Of a stretch of 64,000 nucleotides of DNA, positions 58,319 to 64,000 are shown piece by piece. The notes below the pieces were generated by a model, which ran no database searches, was not told the DNA's origin, and saw only the letters and a list, made by a program, of their open reading frames with translations. Position 1 is the stretch's first letter. Every line of letters starts with the position of its first letter. Both the position numbers and the translations under genes were made by a program. The stretch covers positions 35,713-99,712 of the forward strand of contig DATLOE010000003.1 in assembly GCA_035536395.1 (NCBI GenBank), read 5' to 3'. The DNA is from Candidatus Dormiibacterota bacterium. Lineage in GTDB: Bacteria; Patescibacteriota; Saccharimonadia; UBA4664; DATLOE01.

Positions 58319-60334
58319 TTATTTTTCCAATATTTTTAGCAGCTGTTTTTCATTAATCTGCACGGTGCCGTATTTTTCGGCCTGGGCGATTTTATTCGCC
58401 CCCGGATCTTCCCCCACCACCAAGTAGTCGGTTTCTTTGGTGAGGCTATTCTGCAGTTTGCCGCCTAAGGCCTCTATCCTTTCGCCTCCCGCCTCACGGC
58501 TGAATGCCGCAAGTGTACCGGTAATCACGAAGTTCTTGCCATTCAGCGGCCCCTCTACCTTCTCTATGGGCTGAGGCTGTACACCGTTTGTGAACAGTTT
58601 ATCCAAAAACCGTTGGTGGCGTTCGCTCTGCAGCCAATCATAAACACTTTTTGCTACCACATTACCGATGCCGGGCACTGCTTCCAGCTTTTCAACTGTG
58701 ACACTACAGAAGTTTTCGGGCCTGACAAAATGCGTTGCCAGATCGGCTGCCGTCTGTGCCCCGACATGGCGGATTCCCAGGGCGTAGATAAAGCGATCGA
58801 ACGGTACCTTCTTCCTGGACTGGATACTGTTCACCAAATTGCCGGCCGAAATTTCGGCAAACCGCTCCAGTGCTAAGAGGTCACTCTCTTTCAGTGTAAA
58901 CAGATCGGCCGCGTCCTTTATTAACCCTGTATCCAGCAGCACGTCTACAATCTTCTCCCCCAAGCCTTCAATATCAAAGGCGGCCTTGGAGGCAAAGTGG
59001 ATGATGCGCCCACGCCCTAATGCCGGGCAGTCGAAGTTCACGCAGCGCCACACGGCTTCCTCGGGCTTTTTGAATAGCGCCTTGCCGCAAACCGGACAAT
59101 CTTTGGGCATTACAAATTTCTTTTCCTTACCTGTGCGCAATTTAGGCAGCGGCGCCACTACCTCTGGAATCACATCTCCGGCTTTCTGGATAATCACGGT
59201 ATCCCCAATGCGAATGTCTTTACGGGCAATCTCGCTCTCATTATGCAACGTGGCCATCTGCACGGTAGAGCCGGCTACCACCGTCGGCTCCATAACAGCA
59301 AAGGGAGTTGCTGCACCGGTGCGGCCCATACTTACCATAATATTCTTAATTTTGGTTGTGGCCTGCTCAGCCGGGAACTTGTAGGCGATAGCTCCCCTGG
59401 GTGCCTTACCTACTACCCCAAGGCGGCGGTAGGCATCTTGATCGTTAACCGTTGCCACCAAACCGTCTGTCAGGTAGGGCAACTCTTTGCGCTTTTCTTC
59501 CCACTTGCGGGCAAATTCCATAATTCCTTCTATACCGCGCACCAACTGGCTATGGGGCTCAACTTTAAAGCCAAGCTTAGCGGCCAGCGCATGTTCGGCA
59601 GCGTGAGTGGTTACACCCGACAGCGGAGTAGCTATGGCATAAACATGAAAGCACAGCGGGCGGGCAGCCACTAGCCTTGGGTCTAGCTGCCGAATAGTAC
59701 CGGCGGCAGTATTGCGCGGATTGGCGAATAGCGCCAGGCCGGCTTTCTCTCTAGCCTGGTTCAGCGCCTCAAAGGTCTTCTTATACATTAAAACCTCACC
59801 CCGGATTTCAAGCCTTCCCTTATAAACTTCATCGGGTACAGCGCTATCATGTCGTAGCCGCAGCGGAATCTGCTCGATTGTGCGCAGGTTCGGCGTAACA
59901 TCCTCACCCACCCGGCCATCACCCCTGGTTAGCCCGCGTACCAGCACACCATTCTCATAAATAAGCGTAGCCGCCAGACCATCCATTTTCAGCTCGGCAT
60001 AAAACTCTTCTCTAAAATCCGGTTCCAGCTTCTTTATACGGGTTATCCAGGCCTCGGTCTCTTCCTGGCTAAAGACATCGTTCAAACTCAGCATTGGCAT
60101 CTGGTGGGCGACGCTTGCGAACTTGGGCGAGGGCTGACCAGCTACCCGCTGAGTTGGGGAATCGGAAGTAATCAGATCGGGATGCTCCCGCTCCAGCTGC
60201 TGCAGCTCATGCTTAAGACTATCGGCCGCCGCCTCGCTCATAATCGATTTATCGTGCACATGGTACTGGTAGCGATAATCGTTAATCTGCTCCCGCAGCT
60301 TGGCTACCCGCTCTTTGGCCTGTTCGCGGGTCAT
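58319..60334 (-). CDS. ligA: NAD-dependent DNA ligase
   Basis: ELKMDG, TRGDG, NPRN, zinc finger, BRCT; true start ATG 60334 overlaps upstream stop (ATGA). Confidence 0.98.
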   Translation of the reverse strand: MTREQAKERVAKLREQINDYRYQYHVHDKSIMSEAAADSLKHELQQLEREHPDLITSDSPTQRVAGQPSPKFASVAHQMPMLSLNDVFSQEETEAWITRIKKLEPDFREEFYAELKMDGLAATLIYENGVLVRGLTRGDGRVGEDVTPNLRTIEQIPLRLRHDSAVPDEVYKGRLEIRGEVLMYKKTFEALNQAREKAGLALFANPRNTAAGTIRQLDPRLVAARPLCFHVYAIATPLSGVTTHAAEHALAAKLGFKVEPHSQLVRGIEGIMEFARKWEEKRKELPYLTDGLVATVNDQDAYRRLGVVGKAPRGAIAYKFPAEQATTKIKNIMVSMGRTGAATPFAVMEPTVVAGSTVQMATLHNESEIARKDIRIGDTVIIQKAGDVIPEVVAPLPKLRTGKEKKFVMPKDCPVCGKALFKKPEEAVWRCVNFDCPALGRGRIIHFASKAAFDIEGLGEKIVDVLLDTGLIKDAADLFTLKESDLLALERFAEISAGNLVNSIQSRKKVPFDRFIYALGIRHVGAQTAADLATHFVRPENFCSVTVEKLEAVPGIGNVVAKSVYDWLQSERHQRFLDKLFTNGVQPQPIEKVEGPLNGKNFVITGTLAAFSREAGGERIEALGGKLQNSLTKETDYLVVGEDPGANKIAQAEKYGTVQINEKQLLKILEK

Positions 60335-61107
60335 TTTAATTCCCTGTAGAGCCGGTGAAGGTATAGAGTTGAGGGCGGCAGAACCGCCAGCGCCAAAAGA
60401 ATCTGCAGAATAATTGCCGGCCAAGCTTCGCCTGCAATCGCAGATAACCCCAGCAGGGCGGTTGAGAGCAAGGCGATAATTAGAAGCATAACGGCGGCCA
60501 GAGCCAGTACGCGACTCATCACCTGCCAGAGGCGGCCACCCACTAGTGCCCGGCTCGATTTCAGTGCTTCAATCGGCCCCTGTTTGGTTTCTGACACAAT
60601 GAAGATACTGAATATTGCCTGGCTGACCAAGAGCAGACTGGGCAGTGCCAGTACAATTGCCAGCAGCCCCAGCATCAGCTTTTCCGCACCGGTCATTAGT
60701 CCGGAAGGCTCGGTAATTCCTAAGTTAAATATCAGCAGGCCGAGCGTGAGAGGCAGCATTATGGCGAAGAATACGAAGCCCAAGAGAATCGTCCGCACTA
60801 GCATAGATGAGCCCTCGTAGTAGGCCTGTTTGATAGTTGCTCGTTTGCGGTTTTTTGCGACAACGGCCCACAACAGCGCGGCATTCATAATTACATTGGC
60901 AATCGTAAGGTAGGCCGAAAGCACCGTGTCGGCTGTAGGGTCGGCAACTAGACTGGCTACTATTGCTACCGGCACCGTTACAAGCAAAATAATACCGGTC
61001 AGTAAGCGCCAATTCTCTCGGTAGTCTCCAAGTGCGCTCCGCATTAATTGCCGGAACCCGGGCAGGGGTTCGGGAGCGGCAATAAGTCGGGATAGGCGAG
61101 CAAACAT
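60331..61107 (-). CDS. integral membrane protein
   Basis: About six TM helices; EALKSSRALVGGRLW motif; coupled to htpX and ligA. Confidence 0.85.
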   Translation of the reverse strand: MFARLSRLIAAPEPLPGFRQLMRSALGDYRENWRLLTGIILLVTVPVAIVASLVADPTADTVLSAYLTIANVIMNAALLWAVVAKNRKRATIKQAYYEGSSMLVRTILLGFVFFAIMLPLTLGLLIFNLGITEPSGLMTGAEKLMLGLLAIVLALPSLLLVSQAIFSIFIVSETKQGPIEALKSSRALVGGRLWQVMSRVLALAAVMLLIIALLSTALLGLSAIAGEAWPAIILQILLALAVLPPSTLYLHRLYRELK

Positions 61108-61997
61108 TACGGCTTGTGCTCCATCGCACGGAGTTTAGCAATACGGTCTTCTGCCGGCGGATGAGTGCTGAACAGGCGCGCAATACCACCGGTAACCCCT
61201 TTACCCGGCCCGAACGGGCTTGCGATGTAGAGGTGGGCGGTAGCGGTAGAGGCATGGTGCACCGGCTCATGAGCGGCTGATATCTTCTCTAGCGCGCTAG
61301 CCAGACCTTCCGGATAACGTGTCAAGAGAGCGGCTGTAGCATCGGCCAGGTACTCGCGGCGGCGCGAAACAGCGAGCTGGATGACGGTCGCAATGAGTGG
61401 AGCCAGCAGCGCCATGACGATTCCGACTATGAAGAATATCGGGTTAGGGCTGCTGTCTTCCTCACCGCCAAAGAAATTGGCATGGAAGAAGAAATCACTT
61501 AGCAAGGAGATAATACTGACCAGCGCAGCCGTCACGCTCATCAGACGGATGTCGTAATTACCAATGTGAGCCATTTCGTGTGCCAGTACGCCCTCCACCT
61601 CTTCATCTTCCAGCCGCTCAATCAAACCGGTCGTTACCGCCACCACGGCATTATTCGGATTGCGTCCGGTTGCAAATGCGTTGGGTGCCGGATCGTCAAT
61701 CAAATATACCTTAGGCATCGGCAGGCCGGCAGTAATGGAGAGATTTTCTACCATTCGATAGAGCTGGGGCGCGTCTTTTTTAGCTATCGGGTGTGCGCCA
61801 GACATACCAAGCGCGATTTTGGCCGACATGAAGTAGGTAACAATCGAGTACACCAAAGCGCCTATGCCCACGAAATAAAAGATTCCAGGATTAGAGTAGC
61901 CCTGGGCAAAGATGTAGCCAATAGTAGAAACGAAGGCCACGAATACGGCCATTAGCAAGAACGTCTTACGTTTGTTGGCGGCAATCTGGCTATACAT
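61107..61997 (-). CDS. htpX: M48 zinc metalloprotease HtpX
   Basis: PNAFATGR, AHEMAH, SRRREYLAD, FSTHPP. Confidence 0.96.
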   Translation of the reverse strand: MYSQIAANKRKTFLLMAVFVAFVSTIGYIFAQGYSNPGIFYFVGIGALVYSIVTYFMSAKIALGMSGAHPIAKKDAPQLYRMVENLSITAGLPMPKVYLIDDPAPNAFATGRNPNNAVVAVTTGLIERLEDEEVEGVLAHEMAHIGNYDIRLMSVTAALVSIISLLSDFFFHANFFGGEEDSSPNPIFFIVGIVMALLAPLIATVIQLAVSRRREYLADATAALLTRYPEGLASALEKISAAHEPVHHASTATAHLYIASPFGPGKGVTGGIARLFSTHPPAEDRIAKLRAMEHKP

Positions 61998-62554
61998 TAT
62001 GCCTCCTGGTTACTACTTACGGGTGGTGGCGCTGGCATTGGGGCGGGAGCAGGCTGCAAATTCACCGCATGCATATTACCAGAAATATCGGTGACTCGCG
62101 GAGGCTCGGGTGCAAGTGGAGGAGTTGGAGTAGGTTCCGGCTGCGGTTCAGCTTGGCTAGGTACATCGGGCTCATTCGGCTCCGAGACCGGTTCTTCTGT
62201 TGCCTCCTCGGCCACCTCCGGTTCTGGTTCTGGTTCAGACTCAGTAAATTTGTCTGATTGCATTCTGGCAAGCAGGGCTTCTGCCTGCTGACCCAAGCTG
62301 CCGGTATCAATTGCCGGGAAGGTCTTATGCACCAGCTCCAGCTCGGCAGCTAGAGCCACTACCGCATCGGTACTGGCTTTGCGTTCGGCGGCCAGATCCT
62401 GAGCCACACAGACGGGAATAGCCACGGCCGATTCGCGCAGACGCTGCAATAATGGGTCGTTATCCTGGCGGGTAAACTCATCGCACAGCTTACTGAGGCT
62501 TTGGCTAAGTTTTACTGCCTCCTGCCAAGCGTAAGTTTTCTTAACTTCTTCCAT
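61997..62554 (-). CDS. divergent four-helix-bundle protein (23S rRNA IVP/Avd-like) with Pro/Glu-rich tail
   Basis: YAWQEAVKL..KLCDEF..LLQRLRESAVAIPVCVAQ resembles the family pattern VWQKAxxL..FP..LxxQIRRAAVSIPxNIAE. Confidence 0.65.
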   Translation of the reverse strand: MEEVKKTYAWQEAVKLSQSLSKLCDEFTRQDNDPLLQRLRESAVAIPVCVAQDLAAERKASTDAVVALAAELELVHKTFPAIDTGSLGQQAEALLARMQSDKFTESEPEPEPEVAEEATEEPVSEPNEPDVPSQAEPQPEPTPTPPLAPEPPRVTDISGNMHAVNLQPAPAPMPAPPPVSSNQEA

Positions 62555-62562
62555 GCTCGTCC

Positions 62563-63120
62563 TTAACTAAAGTTAACTTCGGTTGGCTTTTCGATTACGG
62601 CTTGATCTTCAACTTCAAAGAATGAGCGCGGCTTAAAGCCCAGCATGCCGGCAAATAGATTCGTGGGGAATACACCTAGTTTGATGTTTAGATCTCGCAC
62701 ATTGCCGTTATAAAAGCGGCGGGCAGCCTGAATCTTATTCTCTGTATCTACCAGTTCATCCTGCAGTTCCTGAAAATTACTGCTGGCTTTTAGCTCTGGG
62801 TAATCCTCAGCGACGGCAAACAGGCTCTTTAGGGTTGATGACAGTTGGTTTTCGGCCTCGGCTTTATGCGCTACGTCATTAGTACCCATGGCTGCCGAGC
62901 GAGCGGCTGTGACGTTTTCGAACACCTTTGATTCATGCTTGGCATAACCCTTAACAGCGTTTACCAGATTAGGTATTAGATCGTAACGCCGCTTCAGCTG
63001 GATGTTTATATCGCTCCAGGCCTCGTCTGTCCTGAGCTTAGCCATTACCAAGCTGTTATAAGTAAACCAGACGAACAGTATTACGATTGCTACTATGCCT
63101 AAAATAATCCAGAGTGTCAT
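62563..63120 (-). CDS. lemA: LemA family protein
   Basis: YNSLV..AWSDI.IQLKRRYDLIPNLV..E.YPELKA..ARRFYN..FP. Confidence 0.97.
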   Translation of the reverse strand: MTLWIILGIVAIVILFVWFTYNSLVMAKLRTDEAWSDINIQLKRRYDLIPNLVNAVKGYAKHESKVFENVTAARSAAMGTNDVAHKAEAENQLSSTLKSLFAVAEDYPELKASSNFQELQDELVDTENKIQAARRFYNGNVRDLNIKLGVFPTNLFAGMLGFKPRSFFEVEDQAVIEKPTEVNFS

Positions 63121-63181
63121 TTTTATTCCCTTATTTAAGATAATTATACCATACCAACAGGTTCAAAAAAGCTAAAAAGTT

Positions 63182-63206
63182 AAAGCGGCCTCTTACGAGA
63201 CCGCTT
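63182..63206 (-). terminator. intrinsic terminator
   Basis: AAGCGGTCTC-GTAA-GAGGCCGCTTT on minus strand. Confidence 0.75.
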
Positions 63207-63236
63207 AGGTGCTGCGGGAAATGATGCTCAAGCGAA

Positions 63237-63512
63237 CTAGTTCGATATTGCATCGTACTGCAGTAGGTGCAGCTCTTCGCGTACTTGAGCTCTAAGCTCA
63301 TCGGTACTGAGTTTGGTCGAAAACGTCAAGCTTCCCATGGCCCTGTCTTCGGCAAGTTTCAAGAACTTGTTCAAGTCCCTTTCCGAGATCAGGATCTCCT
63401 CCCTCAAGCCGGCTCCAGATCGGCTGCAGTAGGCTTCCCACGCAAGGGCTGCATCGTTGTAGCGGATGCGAAAGGCAACCAGCTTCTTGCTGCTCTTGGT
63501 CAAAACCGCCAT
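63237..63512 (-). CDS. hypothetical protein
   Basis: SD AGGGGAG before ATG 63512; TTGCAA-17 nt-TAGCCT promoter upstream. Confidence 0.65.
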   Translation of the reverse strand: MAVLTKSSKKLVAFRIRYNDAALAWEAYCSRSGAGLREEILISERDLNKFLKLAEDRAMGSLTFSTKLSTDELRAQVREELHLLQYDAISN

Positions 63513-63610
63513 GTCAATCTCCCCTTTTTTGTATCTCAAAAGTTTTGGTTTACAGGCTAGGCTACTCCAACGTAAGTACTATTGCAAGCCCAGGAAGCAC
63601 TCTCCAAATG

Positions 63611-63640
63611 AAAAAGCGGCCCTCCTAATGAGAGCCGCTT
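63611..63640 (-). terminator. intrinsic terminator
   Basis: AAGCGGCTCTC...GGGCCGCTTTTT on minus strand. Confidence 0.8.
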
Positions 63641-63650
63641 GAAAAGCTGG

Positions 63651-63998
63651 CTACTGAGGCCACTCGTGACGGTTACTCAAGCTGTGACATCTTGGCCAAC
63701 GCTCATCTCCGAAATACTCTTTCGTCATGCCGCACTTTCGGCAGCGGCCACTCTCTGCGAAAACATCCTCGATATTTACCGACTTCCTCTCATCCCCATC
63801 TGGTGCCAACCGGTACCCCTCAATGACTACTCCCCGTCCATGTTCGCGGTAGATCATTTGAGTGCGAATACCGCGACGGGAAAGCTCACGAAGGCCTCCA
63901 GCCCAAAATAGCTGGTCGTTTCGCGAAGCAACGTAGGGAATCACTCCGGTGGCAATTCCAAGATCACGAGAGGTTTGATGGTCTACATACGCGGAACG
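63651..63998 (-). CDS. hypothetical protein, 3' part (start outside window)
   Basis: Frame stays open from track start 63944 to the window edge; CRKCG..C..H motif. Confidence 0.55.
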   Translation of the reverse strand, partial: RSAYVDHQTSRDLGIATGVIPYVASRNDQLFWAGGLRELSRRGIRTQMIYREHGRGVVIEGYRLAPDGDERKSVNIEDVFAESGRCRKCGMTKEYFGDERWPRCHSLSNRHEWPQ

Positions 63999-64000
63999 TA

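Noticed and set aside
15523-61955. Long antisense ORFs such as 15523-16215, 44646-45377, 54132-54698 and 58839-59384
   Set aside because: Shadow frames opposite conserved genes (fusA, clpC, mscS-like, ligA) with no recognisable motifs.
1-64000. CRISPR or TIGR-like guide arrays
   Set aside because: No regularly spaced short repeats in any intergenic region, and no Cas or Nop-domain ORF recognised.
1-64000. Alternative genetic code (UGA=Gly, as in Gracilibacteria)
   Set aside because: Conserved genes are intact under code 11, and several (rplD, gatA, gatC, rsmD) end at TGA in the expected place.

Overview
Core-chromosome segment of a reduced-genome bacterium, most consistent with Patescibacteria/CPR, probably Saccharimonadia-like. 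This is an inference from gene content, gene order and protein style; TGA is used as a stop, so code 11. Almost all genes are on the minus strand. Housekeeping blocks in transcription order: lemA-htpX-ligA, gatCAB, dnaE, rplS-rnhB-yraN, nusA, clpC-radA-PIN/TRAM, a class A PBP (+), tyrS-recG-rsmD-tRNA-Leu(TAG), tig-clpP-MFS, rpoB-rpoC-rpsL-rpsG, fusA, tuf-rpsJ, rplC-rplD-rplW. The normally contiguous str/S10 cluster is broken by three accessory insertions. The largest (about 1.6-11.8 kb, between rpsJ and rplC) holds two modular collagen-like fibre genes, a KGG stress protein, an ASCH protein, two HExxH proteins and two small ORFs missed by the ORF track. Most notable observations: (1) a 66-aa gene whose mRNA ends form a long G-U-rich closing helix, faced by a candidate 45-nt antisense RNA and bracketed by a 14-bp direct repeat; (2) a GCATAAGC octamer at most gene junctions of that island; (3) a pseudoknotted, riboswitch-like leader before a Ser-rich peptide; (4) natural resistance-type residues in S12 and RpoB; (5) a CIRCE element at clpP; (6) many leaderless genes. 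I saw no CRISPR array, integrase, transposase or reverse transcriptase. All calls are from reading the sequence; no database searches were run.
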